Under the pieces are notes generated by a model, which saw only the letters and a program-made list of their open reading frames with translations, made no database searches and was not told where the DNA came from. Of a DNA stretch of 64,000 bases, positions 36,988 through 47,432 are shown in pieces. This DNA is from Clostridiales bacterium. GTDB taxonomy: Bacteria; Bacillota; Clostridia; TANB77; CAG-508. Each line of letters begins with the position of its first letter. Position 1 is the first letter of the stretch. A program made the translations under genes and the position numbers. The stretch spans positions 8,186 through 72,185 of the forward strand of contig SFKS01000001.1 in NCBI GenBank assembly GCA_004554705.1, given 5' to 3'.

Positions 36988-37929
36988 TTATTTTAAATTC
37001 CAAAATCTACTGTAGTTTTCTATTTTTAGTTTGTTTATTTCATCATTTGTATAATTGTTTTTTAATAAGAGTTTCGTTATCTTTTCATTTATATTGCTTT
37101 GTTTGAAAAGATTTAATTTTTTGTAATATCTCCTATCTATTTTGTAATATGTCATATCGTCTGTTGCTAATCCTATATTATCTACTTCTCCTAATAAATT
37201 CTTTATGTGTGTTATGTTTTCAATATATGCTTGTTCATAGTGTTTGTTTGATGAGCAAAATGTTTTTATTGATACAATTCCTATTATTCCATTAAATTCT
37301 TTTATGGCACGAATTTGGTCATCAGTTAGATTTCTTCTTGCATTACATATGGCTTTACAATTTGAATGTGATGCTAGAACTTTTGGTTTTAAATTTTTGT
37401 ATTTTCTACATTCCTCTATAATATCCCAAAATGTTTCTTCATCACTATGTGATAAGTCTATGCCAATTCCTGTTTCTATTAATTTGTATATTAATTCTTT
37501 TCCTAATTTAGTTAGTCCATTTTTTTTGTTAATAATCTTTGCAGGTCTCACTCCTGTTCCAAATTTGTTGTGATTATTCCAAACCGGATTTACAGATCTT
37601 ACTCCTAATTCGTATAAGATATTTAAATCATCTAACTTTTCCAGATAATCTAAGCCTTCTATTCCTATAGTATAGTTTATATTTTCAGGAATTAAATTTT
37701 CTCTTTTTATTATTTCTTTTACTTCTTTTAAATTATTAATTATGTTTATTTCTTCTGAAGTAATGTTTAGCTCGTTTTTCATTTCTTCTTCGGTCATGTA
37801 AAATAAGTTAAATATTCCTCCTGTGATATTATTTTTATTGAATATTTTTTTACAGTGTTTTTTGACTTCAGATAAATTGTTTTTGTTTATATAAATATAT
37901 GTAAGCAAATCATAATGGAAATCATACAT
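36988..37929 (-). CDS. Membrane dipeptidase (peptidase M19 family)
   Basis: M19 signature around GIDLSHSDEE and VLASHSNCKA. Confidence 0.75.
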   Translation of the reverse strand: MYDFHYDLLTYIYINKNNLSEVKKHCKKIFNKNNITGGIFNLFYMTEEEMKNELNITSEEINIINNLKEVKEIIKRENLIPENINYTIGIEGLDYLEKLDDLNILYELGVRSVNPVWNNHNKFGTGVRPAKIINKKNGLTKLGKELIYKLIETGIGIDLSHSDEETFWDIIEECRKYKNLKPKVLASHSNCKAICNARRNLTDDQIRAIKEFNGIIGIVSIKTFCSSNKHYEQAYIENITHIKNLLGEVDNIGLATDDMTYYKIDRRYYKKLNLFKQSNINEKITKLLLKNNYTNDEINKLKIENYSRFWNLK

Positions 37930-37988
37930 AATAAATCTCCTAAAAATTTTTTAGGCGAGTAATATTCACCTTTATTATTTAATTGTTA

Positions 37989-38909
37989 CTATTTGTTAAG
38001 ATTGTTTTTATTTAAAATTCTTTTTAAACTTTCTAGTCCTATTATTATTACCCCACCAATAATAAAGAAAAGTATATTAAAGCTTGAAAAGTTCATAATT
38101 GGTTGTGGCTCTGTTAATGTTGTTGGTCCTATGAATATTGAATATATTGACCCTAACATTAACCCTAATATTGCATATACAGTTTCAGAACGATGCTTTT
38201 CTAAACATTTTCTTGCAACTTTCGCAAATACCATTATTCCAAATATTATTCCTAACCCAAATATTGCTAAAGTTGGTATTGCTGAAAAATCAAAGTGCAT
38301 ACAGGATTTGATTTTATTCATTATTGGTATATAAATTCCAAATATCAATAGCATTGTTGAGCCTGAAATTCCTGGTAATATCATTGCCGAAATTGCTATC
38401 ATTGCTACTACAAAAACATATATAATTGTTCCAATATTCATTTCTTGTAAATTTATATTTATACTTGAATTTGTGCTTGCAATTGTTATTGCCACAACTA
38501 GGGCTATTCCTAATATTGCAAAAATAATATTTTTATATTTGCCATGTAATACAGATTTTTCCTCTTTTATTACTAATGGTATTGCAAAAATTATAAATCC
38601 TAAAAACAGAGAACTCATTTCATATATTTTAGTATTAAATAAGTCGGCTAATATACTTGCTGCTAATAAAAATCCAACTGTCCAGCCTATTAGTATTTTA
38701 ATTAAATAAATAGCTGCTTTTTTCTTTGCCTCCCAAGTTCCTCTAAAAATGTCATCTAGTGATGTTATAAAATCATCATAAAATCCAAGTATAAATGCAA
38801 CTGTACCTCCTGAAACTCCTGGAACACTATCTGCCAGTGCCATACAAAATCCATTAATAAAATTTATTATAAGTTCTTTTAATTTTTTCATTTCATATCT
38901 CCCTTGCAC
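37989..38909 (-). CDS. DUF368-family integral membrane protein
   Basis: Duplicated motifs VPGVSGGTVAFILG and LPGISGSTMLLIFG; polytopic. Confidence 0.7.
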   Translation of the reverse strand: MQGRYEMKKLKELIINFINGFCMALADSVPGVSGGTVAFILGFYDDFITSLDDIFRGTWEAKKKAAIYLIKILIGWTVGFLLAASILADLFNTKIYEMSSLFLGFIIFAIPLVIKEEKSVLHGKYKNIIFAILGIALVVAITIASTNSSININLQEMNIGTIIYVFVVAMIAISAMILPGISGSTMLLIFGIYIPIMNKIKSCMHFDFSAIPTLAIFGLGIIFGIMVFAKVARKCLEKHRSETVYAILGLMLGSIYSIFIGPTTLTEPQPIMNFSSFNILFFIIGGVIIIGLESLKRILNKNNLNK

Positions 38910-38954
38910 AGGATTGCCTTTACATGCAATCCTGAATATATTATTTATTAAATA

Positions 38955-39695
38955 CTAAGCATAATCCACTACATCTATCCAATTAATTAAAAACGTTTTT
39001 TCCTCTTCACTAGCTTTAGATAAATGTGCTGCTGCGACTATTGGTATCCATTTTTGAATATATTTTTTTTCTATTCCTGATTTTTCAGAAAATTTATTTA
39101 GATATTCTTCTGCTTTTTCCTTTTTTCCTTCTAAGTTGAATATTAAGTATGTTCTAGCTGCATCGGCTGAGCTATTCCCTTGTGATGCGTGTGCCCAATC
39201 TATTATATAGGCTGTTCCGTCTTCTTTGATTATAATGTTGCTTGGGTTAAAATCGCCATGACATACATTGTTATGTTTTGGCATGCTTTCTAGCCTTGTA
39301 TTTAAATCGTATTTTATTGTATCACTTAGATCTGTTTCTGCAATTTTTCTTTTCATCTTTTCTTTTAAATTGTTGAGCATTGGTGATTTTTTTGATAATA
39401 TATTAAGTTGTATTTCTATAAACATATTCATATACTCTTCTTGTTTTTCTGGGTGTTCATTCATTAATTCATCTAAGCTTTTTCCTTCAATATATTCTGA
39501 TATTAGTGCCCATCTGTTTTCCATTTTAGTAACTTCTAGTAATTTCGGAATATTTAGCCCAGTTTCTTCAACTCTTGCTTGATTTAAAGCTTCGTTTAGT
39601 ATATTGGATTTTGAATAGTTTTCTATAAATAGTTTTATTGTTCTATTGTTTTCCTTATAAACGGTTTTTGTTTTTCTTTCTGCTAATAAATCCAT
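38955..39695 (-). CDS. Aminoglycoside/choline-kinase-like phosphotransferase (APH family)
   Basis: Catalytic loop HGDFNPSNIII and the IDWAHA motif. Confidence 0.75.
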   Translation of the reverse strand: MDLLAERKTKTVYKENNRTIKLFIENYSKSNILNEALNQARVEETGLNIPKLLEVTKMENRWALISEYIEGKSLDELMNEHPEKQEEYMNMFIEIQLNILSKKSPMLNNLKEKMKRKIAETDLSDTIKYDLNTRLESMPKHNNVCHGDFNPSNIIIKEDGTAYIIDWAHASQGNSSADAARTYLIFNLEGKKEKAEEYLNKFSEKSGIEKKYIQKWIPIVAAAHLSKASEEEKTFLINWIDVVDYA

Positions 39696-42304
39696 TATAC
39701 TTCACCTCCATAATATGCTCTTAGATACATTTGTTTTATTTCTTCTATTAAAGGGTATCTTGGATTTGCTCCTGTGCATTGATCATCAAAGGCTTGTTTA
39801 CTTAATTCATCTAACTTGTTTAAGAATTCTTCTTCATCTATTCCATATTCTTTTATTGTTTTCTTTATTCCTATTTTTTCTTTTAATTCATCTATTGCTT
39901 TTATTAAATTGTCTCTCTTTTCTTCGTTTGTGTTGCCTCCTAAGTTTAAGTAGTCTGCAATTTCTGCATATCTTTCAAGTGTGTGTGGATAACTATATTG
40001 TGGGAAGGTTCCCATTTTCACAGGTGTATTGCTACTATTAAATCTTATAACTTCATCTATCATTAGTGCATTTGCTACGCCGTGTGGTATGTGATAAAAT
40101 GCACCTAATTTATGTGCCATTGAATGGCATACTCCTAAAAACGCATTTGCAAAAGCCATACCAGCCATTGTTGCAGCATTTGCCATTTTTTCTCTTGCTT
40201 TGCTATCTTCTGCACCTTTTTCATATGCTCGTGGTAAATATTCAAATATTATTTTTAATGCACGAAGAGCTAAGCTATCTGTATAGTCTGTAGCCATCAT
40301 TGATGCATATGCTTCTAAGCAATGTGTTACAGCATCTATTCCAGAAGCGGAGGTTAATCCTTTTGGGGCTTTCATCATTAAATCTGCATCTACTATAGCC
40401 ATTTTTGGCATTAATTCATAATCTGCTAATGGATATTTTATGCCAGTGTTTTCATCTGTTATTACTGCAAATGGGGTAACTTCAGATCCTGTTCCACTTG
40501 ATGTTGGAATAGCAATAAAGTACGCCTTTTCTCCCATTTTAGGGAAGGTGTATATCCTTTTTCTAATATCTGAAAATCTCATCGCCATATCCATAAAGTC
40601 TATTTCTGGGTGTTCATACATTACCCACATAATTTTTCCAGCATCCATGGCACTTCCTCCACCTATTGCTATTATGCAATCTGGCTCAAATGAATTCATT
40701 GCTTTGACTCCTTCTTTTGCAGAAGCAAGTGTTGGATCTGGTTGAACATTTGAAAAGGTTGAGTGCATTATGCCCATTTCCTCTAATTTATCTGTTATCG
40801 GCTTTGTATAGCCATTTTTATATAAAAATTCATCTGTTACTATAAATACTCTTTTTTTATCCATGACAGTTTTTAATTCTTCTAGTGCAACTGGTAAGCA
40901 TCCTTTCTTTATATAAACCTTTTCAGGTACTCTAAACCAAAGCATATTTTCTCTCCTCTCTGCTATTGTTTTTATATTTAATAAATGTTTTACTCCAACA
41001 TTTTCTGAAACTGAATTTCCTCCCCAAGAACCACAACCCAAAGTTAATGATGGTGCTAGTTTGAAATTATACAAATCTCCAATTCCTCCTTGTGATGATG
41101 GTGTATTTATAAGGATTCTTCCTGTTTTCATTCTATGCGAAAATTTTTCTATTTTTTCAGTTTGTGTATGTGTATTTATATATAATGAAGAGGTGTGTCC
41201 TAATCCACCATCTTCTATCAGCTTTTCTGCTTTTTCTAAGGCTTCATCAAAATTATTTGCTTTATACATTGCTAAAACTGGAGATAATTTTTCATGTGCA
41301 AATTCTTCTGAAGGCTCTACACTTTCTACCTCTCCTATTAAGATTTTAGTGCTCTCTGGAACTTCTATTCCTGCTAATGAAGCTATTGTGTAGGCTTTCT
41401 GACCTACTATCTTTGAATTTAAGGCTCCATTTATGATTATTGTTTTTCTGACTTTTTCTGTTTCTTCTCTATTTAATAAATAACAACCTCTATCAATAAA
41501 TTCTTGTTTTACTTTTTCATATATTGAGTCTAGCACTATGACAGATTGTTCTGATGCACATATCATGCCATTGTCAAATGTCTTAGAATGTATAATTGAA
41601 TTTACTGCTAAAAGAATATCTGCACTTTCATCTATAATTGCTGGAACATTTCCTGCTCCTACTCCTATTGCTGGTTTTCCACTTGAATATGCAGCTTTTA
41701 CCATACCTGGCCCACCTGTTGCAAGAATTGTGTCAGACTCCTTCATAACCATGTTTGTCAAGTCAAGTGATGGGGAATCTATCCAACCGATGATTCCTTC
41801 TGGAGCTCCTGCTTTAACTGCTGCTTCTAATATAATTTTTGCTGCTGCAATACTGGATTTTTTTGCTCTAGGATGAGGGCTTATTATAATTCCGTTCCTT
41901 GTTTTTAATGCAATCAATGTTTTAAAAATAACAGTTGATGTTGGATTAGTAGTTGGAATAACTGCTGCTATAACTCCTATTGGTTCAGCTATTTTTTTTA
42001 TTCCATATGCTTCATTTTCTTCAATTACCCCACAAGTTTTTGTATTTTTGTATGCATTATAAATATATTCTGTTGCATAGTGATTTTTTATAACTTTATC
42101 TTCTACAAGCCCCATTCCTGTTTCTTCTACTGCCATTTCTGCAAGTGGTATACGTGCACTATTTGCTGCAAGTGCTGCTGCTTTAAATATTTTGTCAACC
42201 TGTTCTTGACTAAATTTGCCGTATTTTTCTTGGGCTTTTTTAATTCTTGTTATAGCTTTTTCTAAGCTTTCTATATCATCTACGATATCATAGTCTTTAT
42301 TCAT
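39695..42304 (-). CDS. adhE: Bifunctional acetaldehyde-CoA / alcohol dehydrogenase; start taken at MNKDYDIV with RBS AAGGAGG
   Basis: N-terminal ALDH domain with the catalytic Cys region, and a C-terminal iron-containing ADH domain (GGGSAMDAGK). The RBS AAGGAGG is 6 nt before ATG at 42304. The track ORF extends 13 codons further upstream. Confidence 0.93.
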   Translation of the reverse strand: MNKDYDIVDDIESLEKAITRIKKAQEKYGKFSQEQVDKIFKAAALAANSARIPLAEMAVEETGMGLVEDKVIKNHYATEYIYNAYKNTKTCGVIEENEAYGIKKIAEPIGVIAAVIPTTNPTSTVIFKTLIALKTRNGIIISPHPRAKKSSIAAAKIILEAAVKAGAPEGIIGWIDSPSLDLTNMVMKESDTILATGGPGMVKAAYSSGKPAIGVGAGNVPAIIDESADILLAVNSIIHSKTFDNGMICASEQSVIVLDSIYEKVKQEFIDRGCYLLNREETEKVRKTIIINGALNSKIVGQKAYTIASLAGIEVPESTKILIGEVESVEPSEEFAHEKLSPVLAMYKANNFDEALEKAEKLIEDGGLGHTSSLYINTHTQTEKIEKFSHRMKTGRILINTPSSQGGIGDLYNFKLAPSLTLGCGSWGGNSVSENVGVKHLLNIKTIAERRENMLWFRVPEKVYIKKGCLPVALEELKTVMDKKRVFIVTDEFLYKNGYTKPITDKLEEMGIMHSTFSNVQPDPTLASAKEGVKAMNSFEPDCIIAIGGGSAMDAGKIMWVMYEHPEIDFMDMAMRFSDIRKRIYTFPKMGEKAYFIAIPTSSGTGSEVTPFAVITDENTGIKYPLADYELMPKMAIVDADLMMKAPKGLTSASGIDAVTHCLEAYASMMATDYTDSLALRALKIIFEYLPRAYEKGAEDSKAREKMANAATMAGMAFANAFLGVCHSMAHKLGAFYHIPHGVANALMIDEVIRFNSSNTPVKMGTFPQYSYPHTLERYAEIADYLNLGGNTNEEKRDNLIKAIDELKEKIGIKKTIKEYGIDEEEFLNKLDELSKQAFDDQCTGANPRYPLIEEIKQMYLRAYYGGEV

Positions 42305-42490
42305 TGTTTCCTCCTTTTCTTCTTTAGTATATACCATATACAATAATTTTTTTCAATAATTTGTAAAAAATTAATAAAAAAATATTCTTCTCTTGCTTTT
42401 TTGTCATAAATAATATATAATTCTAACATATTTATTTCAAAAACATTTTTGTTTTCATTTTTTATGTTTAATTCTTTGGAGGTTTTGTCT

Positions 42491-43081
42491 ATGTTTTTAA
42501 AGTTTTACAGATTTTTTATTGTATTTTTTTTGTTTATCTTTATATGCTTTATGGGCTTAGTCTTTTCTTTTAGTGATGCTGAAGATATTCATGTAGTAGA
42601 AATTGATGATTTGAATTCTAATCATTTAAATTCAAACTTTATTTGGCCTGTTCCTAGATATTATACTATTACTTCATATTTTGGATACAGAAAAGCCCCA
42701 ACAACTGGTGCTGGGACTTATCATTCTGGGATTGATGTAGCTGCTCCAACTGGTGCAGAAGTTGTTGCAACTTTTTCTGGTGAAGTTACATATATTGGGT
42801 TTTATGGAGCAAATGGATATACTATAAGAGTATCTGACGGAGTGTATACAGCAAATTATTCACATCTTTCGCCATATTTTCTTGTATATGTTGGGCAATA
42901 TGTAAATAAAGGAGATATAATTGCAACAGTTGGACCTAAGAATGTATATGGCGTTTTAAATAATCCTTATAGGGATTTAAAAGGGAATCCCACAAATGGT
43001 GCAACAACAGGTCCTCATCTCCACTTTTCACTATATCTTAATGGAAAATCCGTAAACCCCTTAGACTATTTGTCCTACTAA
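42491..43081 (+). CDS. M23 family metallopeptidase (LytM domain), secreted; start at MFLKFY with RBS GGAGG
   Basis: Signal/TM segment, then HSGIDVAAPTGAEVVA and GPHLHFSLY, which are the HxxxD/HxH zinc-ligand motifs of M23. Confidence 0.8.
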   Translation: MFLKFYRFFIVFFLFIFICFMGLVFSFSDAEDIHVVEIDDLNSNHLNSNFIWPVPRYYTITSYFGYRKAPTTGAGTYHSGIDVAAPTGAEVVATFSGEVTYIGFYGANGYTIRVSDGVYTANYSHLSPYFLVYVGQYVNKGDIIATVGPKNVYGVLNNPYRDLKGNPTNGATTGPHLHFSLYLNGKSVNPLDYLSY

Positions 43082-43108
43082 AAAAGATGCTTTTAAGCAT
43101 CCTTTTCT
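43082..43108. terminator. Bidirectional terminator AAGATGCTT-tta-AAGCATCCTT between convergent genes
   Basis: A hairpin with A-run and T-run flanks. Confidence 0.6.
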
Positions 43109-43109
43109 A

Positions 43110-43586
43110 TTACATATCATCATCTTCATCATGATGGCAATCATGTGAACAGCAATCACATTCATCATCATTGCAACTACAACCGTCTTCTCCCCAATCT
43201 AATTCTATTGCGTTGTTACATTCTGGACAGATTATTTCTGCTGCTGTTAAGTCATTCATTTGAGCAGTAAATGTTTTATTACAATACGGACATTTAATTT
43301 CGACATCATAGTCTTCATCTGGTATGTCTTCCTCCATGTAGATATCTTTTTCTATGTTTTTTATGCTTTTATTCATTTTTCTTATTTCTTCTTCTACATG
43401 CAATTGACTTTCTGCTATAGTTAGAATTTTTTTATTCATAGATTGCTCTAACTCCGTGATTTCATCGAAAAAAAGATTATATAAATTAAAGATTTCTGTC
43501 TTTGCAATCTCTAAATTTTCTTTATCTTTTATACTATTTTCTAAATCTTTTAAAATTTTTTTAAATTCTGAATTAAAATTTGACAT
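43110..43586 (-). CDS. Hypothetical protein with a zinc ribbon and a Cys/His/Asp-rich C-terminal tail
   Basis: CPYCNKTF...CPECNNAI followed by GCSCNDDECDCCSHDCHHDEDDDM. Confidence 0.5.
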   Translation of the reverse strand: MSNFNSEFKKILKDLENSIKDKENLEIAKTEIFNLYNLFFDEITELEQSMNKKILTIAESQLHVEEEIRKMNKSIKNIEKDIYMEEDIPDEDYDVEIKCPYCNKTFTAQMNDLTAAEIICPECNNAIELDWGEDGCSCNDDECDCCSHDCHHDEDDDM

Positions 43587-43624
43587 TAATCATTTTCTCC
43601 TCTCAGGTTTAGAATCAATTAACA

Positions 43625-44194
43625 CTAAACTCTCTCCATATATTCTCCTGTTCTAGTATCAATTCTAATCTTATCTCCTGTATTTACAAATAATGGAACA
43701 TTAATAGTTGCCCCTGTTTCTAACTCTGCTGGTTTTGTTGCCCCTGCTCCTGCAGTATTTCCACTGAATCCAGGCTCTGTATATGTGACTTCTAGTTCCA
43801 CGAACATTGGTGGTTCAATTGCAAATATTTTTCCTTTAAATGCCAATGTTTTTACCATCATATTTTCTTTTAAGAATTTAAGCATATCACCTAATTCTGA
43901 TTTATTAAGTGGGATTTGGTCATATGTTTCATTATCCATAAAATAATATAAATCTCCATCTGCATATAAGTACTGCATTTCTCTTTTTTCAATATCTGCT
44001 CCTTGTAATTTTTCTGATGGATTAAATGTTTTTTCTAAAACTGAACCATTAATGACATTTTTCAATTTTGTTCTAACAAAAGCAGCTCCTTTCCCAGGTT
44101 TTACGTGTTGAAATTCTACTACCTTGTATACTGAACCATCCATTTCAAATGTTGTTCCATTTCTTACATCTCCTGCCATATAAACTTCTGCCAT
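43625..44194 (-). CDS. efp: Elongation factor P
   Basis: [15 protein letters not shown] (KOW domain with the conserved modified-Lys loop) and OB domains. Confidence 0.95.
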   Translation of the reverse strand: MAEVYMAGDVRNGTTFEMDGSVYKVVEFQHVKPGKGAAFVRTKLKNVINGSVLEKTFNPSEKLQGADIEKREMQYLYADGDLYYFMDNETYDQIPLNKSELGDMLKFLKENMMVKTLAFKGKIFAIEPPMFVELEVTYTEPGFSGNTAGAGATKPAELETGATINVPLFVNTGDKIRIDTRTGEYMERV

Positions 44195-44272
44195 ATTATC
44201 ATACCTCTTTCTTTTTTTAATTATTCTAACTTATTAAGTTTACTATATTTTTCCATAAAAATCAAGATGTTA

Positions 44273-45328
44273 TTATATTATAACATAATTTTTTGGGGAT
44301 TTTGTGAGTACTGTGCATCCGTTTTTTTCTACTAATATTGTATCTTCTATTCTTATTCCATATTTTTCTGGAATATATATGCCTGGTTCATTTGCTATTA
44401 TCATGTTTTCTTTTAGAAATGTGTCATTTTTTGAATTTATATATGGTATTTCATGTGTTTCTAATCCTATGCTATGTCCTAATGAATGTATTAAGTCATA
44501 GTTATATAGTCTAAAATTACTTTCTACCATTTGTGAAATGGTTTTTATGCTTGCATATTCTTTTATTTCTTTTATAGTATATAACTGATTTTTTAAAACT
44601 AAATCATATATTGGTTTTATTTCTTCTAATATGCAACCCATAAAAATTGTTCTGGTCATGTCTGAACAGTATCCTTGATATTTACATCCCATATCTATTA
44701 ATATTGGATCTGCCATTTTTACTGCCCTATCTCCTGGTTGCCAGTGTGGATCAGAGCTGTTTTCCCCTATTGCAACTACGGGATTAAAGGCTAATCCTTC
44801 TGCTCCATTTTTTCTGAAAAACATTTCTATTTCAAATGCAATTTCTTTTTCTGTTGTTCCTATTTTTATAAATTCTAATAAATGATTAAAGCATTTGTCC
44901 GTAATTTCACATGCTTTTTTTATTTTATCTATTTCATCATTATCCTTTACAGCTCTTAATTTTTCAATTATATCTTCTGTTTCTGATAGATTATTTACTT
45001 TGTATTTTTGTTTTAAATAGTAATATTGTTTATATGTTACATAGTTTTCTTCAAATCCGACATTTTCGCAAAACAAGAAGAAATTTTCGTATTGACTAAT
45101 ATCTCTAAAGTCTGCCACTATTATTTCGTCATTAATTGTTACTGTTTTCTTTACACTTTCTAAAAACATGGTGTATGTTAAGAATATGTTTTCTTTTCTT
45201 GTTATTAGTAATGTTCCTTCGTTTTCTATATTGGTTAGATATTTTATACTAACAGGATTTGTAACGATCATCCCTTCTAGTTTTAAATTTCTTAACCTCT
45301 CTCGTAAAAGTCTTATTTTTTCATTCAT
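44273..45328 (-). CDS. Xaa-Pro aminopeptidase / M24 family peptidase
   Basis: M24 pita-bread-fold metal ligands (DMGCKYQGYCSDMTRT, HSLGHSIGLETHE, NEPGIY). Confidence 0.85.
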   Translation of the reverse strand: MNEKIRLLRERLRNLKLEGMIVTNPVSIKYLTNIENEGTLLITRKENIFLTYTMFLESVKKTVTINDEIIVADFRDISQYENFFLFCENVGFEENYVTYKQYYYLKQKYKVNNLSETEDIIEKLRAVKDNDEIDKIKKACEITDKCFNHLLEFIKIGTTEKEIAFEIEMFFRKNGAEGLAFNPVVAIGENSSDPHWQPGDRAVKMADPILIDMGCKYQGYCSDMTRTIFMGCILEEIKPIYDLVLKNQLYTIKEIKEYASIKTISQMVESNFRLYNYDLIHSLGHSIGLETHEIPYINSKNDTFLKENMIIANEPGIYIPEKYGIRIEDTILVEKNGCTVLTKSPKNYVII

Positions 45329-45345
45329 TGAAAAACACCCTCCTT

Positions 45346-46089
45346 TTACAATTTTATTGTTTTTATTGTTCCTAAAGAAAGTATTGTTAATAAGAATACA
45401 TATAGTGAATTAGTTGAAACAAATATGCCCACAATTGTTGCCAGAACTATAAATGGTCCAAATGGAATATATCCATCTTTTCTGTTCTTTTTTGAAATTA
45501 TTATAATTATGCTTGCAATAGCACCTATTAAAAATGCTAATACTGATATTAGTAGAATTTTATACAAACCAAAGTATAAGCCTAGTGCTCCCATTAACTT
45601 TACATCTCCTAATCCCATTGCTTCTTTTCCTGCAATTGCACCACCTATTAGTGTTATTATTAGAAATATTCCTCCTCCAGTTATCATTCCTAAAAGCATA
45701 TCTTTTGCTAAGTTTAAGTTTTGAATTCCAAATATAAATGTAAATACTATTCCTATTTCAAACATTGTAAAGTTTAATCTGTTTGGTATAATTTGTATTT
45801 TATAGTCTACTACAAATGATGATATTAGCATTGGCATCAGTAGGCTAAATCTTAAAAAATCTAAGCTAAGTTTGAATTTATATAGTAATGCAATATATGC
45901 TATTGCATTTATTACTATTAGTAAATAATTTGCTTTGCTTACCTTTTTGTATTCCTTATAGGTTTCTTTTGACAATATTTTTCTTTCATTAAGGAATGCA
46001 ACATTTAAGTATTCTATGAATTGTCCAATTGTGCCACCTAAAATTGCTATTATCACGTATATTAAAATGTGTATATCGTTAATGTACAT
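45346..46089 (-). CDS. Type IV prepilin leader peptidase (A24 family)
   Basis: A polytopic membrane protein with a conserved Asp pair and the GLGDVKLMGALG motif. Confidence 0.8.
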   Translation of the reverse strand: MYINDIHILIYVIIAILGGTIGQFIEYLNVAFLNERKILSKETYKEYKKVSKANYLLIVINAIAYIALLYKFKLSLDFLRFSLLMPMLISSFVVDYKIQIIPNRLNFTMFEIGIVFTFIFGIQNLNLAKDMLLGMITGGGIFLIITLIGGAIAGKEAMGLGDVKLMGALGLYFGLYKILLISVLAFLIGAIASIIIIISKKNRKDGYIPFGPFIVLATIVGIFVSTNSLYVFLLTILSLGTIKTIKL

Positions 46090-46192
46090 CTTTTCCTCCT
46101 CACATGAAGTGTATTCTCCACTGTTTATTAATAAATCTTTTGTACCGTTTCTATTCTATTATATCTTTTTTAATTTTGCAAGAGTTTTTTTA

Positions 46193-47377
46193 TTATTTTA
46201 TTTTCGTACTTGCATATGTTATAGCGTCATATCCATATTTTTTCTTTAAATTATCTAATACACTATCTATTTTATCTAATTTTTCTTTGTTCTTATCTTC
46301 GAACATTGATAATTGTCTTTGTTCTCTATCTTCTAAATTATCTACTTTTATCCCTACAAGTCTTATAAATGTTCCTTCTTTATACATTTCCTTTAAAAGG
46401 ACTCTAGCTTTTGCAAATATTTTTTTTGTATTTGAGGTAGCTATATCTAGTCTCCCTTGATGTGAAAAGTCTACGAATTCTTTTGTTCTTAGTTGTATAT
46501 TCACTGTGTTTGCTACTAAATTATATTGCCTTAATCTATATGCTACTTGCTCTGTAAGAGTAAGCAATATTGTTTCTATTTTTTCAATGCTACATAAATC
46601 TATAGGAAGTGTTGTTGCATTACTTATACTTTTGGGTTTTTCATATTTATAATTGACTTCTGCATTGTCTATACCGTTTGCATATTCCCACATAATATTT
46701 CCATGTTTTCCGAAATTTTTTATTAGTGTTTGTCTTTCTTTTTTTGCTAAATCTCCTATTGTTTTTATTCCCATCCTTTGTAGCTTGGGCACACTTTTTT
46801 TCCCAAGCATAAATAGTTCTGATACTGGTAATCCCCACATTTTAGTTTGTATTTCGTTTTGATACAGTGTGTGTATTTTGTCTGGCTTTTCAAAATCTGA
46901 TGCCATTTTAGCTAATAATTTGTTATTGGAAATACCTATATTAACAGTAAATCCTAGCTCTTGTTTTACTCTTTTACTAATTTCCTTGGCTTTGTTTTCT
47001 AAAGTGTCCTTCATTAGGTATTCTGTCATATCTAAAAAGCATTCATCTATGCTATACCTTTCTATTTTATCTGTGTAATTTAATAATAGTGTATATAATT
47101 TGTTTGAATACTTTCTGTAAATTTCAAAATTGCCTTTGAATACTTTTACCTGTGGGCATTTGATTCTAGCTTGATAAATTGGCTCTCCTGTTACTATTCC
47201 AAATTCCTTTGCTTTCATACTTTTAGCAAGTACTATTCCTCTACGTGCTTCTTCATCTCCTCCAATTATAGCTGGAATAGTCCTTATATCTAAAGTTTCT
47301 CCACTTTGTAGTTTATATACTGCAAGCCAACTTAAAAATGCATTGTTTACATCTATGTGTAGTATTTTCCTTTCCAT
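46193..47377 (-). CDS. dinB: DNA polymerase IV (Y-family, DinB); start at MERKILHIDVNNAF
   Basis: Y-family motifs HIDVNNAFLS and SIDECFLD. The RBS GGGTGA lies before ATG at 47377. Confidence 0.88.
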   Translation of the reverse strand: MERKILHIDVNNAFLSWLAVYKLQSGETLDIRTIPAIIGGDEEARRGIVLAKSMKAKEFGIVTGEPIYQARIKCPQVKVFKGNFEIYRKYSNKLYTLLLNYTDKIERYSIDECFLDMTEYLMKDTLENKAKEISKRVKQELGFTVNIGISNNKLLAKMASDFEKPDKIHTLYQNEIQTKMWGLPVSELFMLGKKSVPKLQRMGIKTIGDLAKKERQTLIKNFGKHGNIMWEYANGIDNAEVNYKYEKPKSISNATTLPIDLCSIEKIETILLTLTEQVAYRLRQYNLVANTVNIQLRTKEFVDFSHQGRLDIATSNTKKIFAKARVLLKEMYKEGTFIRLVGIKVDNLEDREQRQLSMFEDKNKEKLDKIDSVLDNLKKKYGYDAITYASTKIK

Positions 47378-47399
47378 AGTTATCACCCAAAACAATTAT

Positions 47400-47413
47400 A
47401 GAACTTTTGTTTG
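47400..47413 (-). promoter_or_regulatory. Putative LexA (Cheo) box AGAACTTTTGTTTG 23 nt upstream of the dinB start
   Basis: Matches GAAC-N4-GTTC at 7 of 8 positions. It lies in the 37-nt uvrA-dinB gap. Confidence 0.5.
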
Positions 47414-47432
47414 TAGTTGTCAATATCTTCTT

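Noticed and set aside
42344-42448. Rex operator upstream of adhE
   Set aside because: The best candidate, TTGTAAAAAATTAATAA, matches TTGTGAA-N4-TTCACAA poorly; it cannot be supported without a PWM scan.
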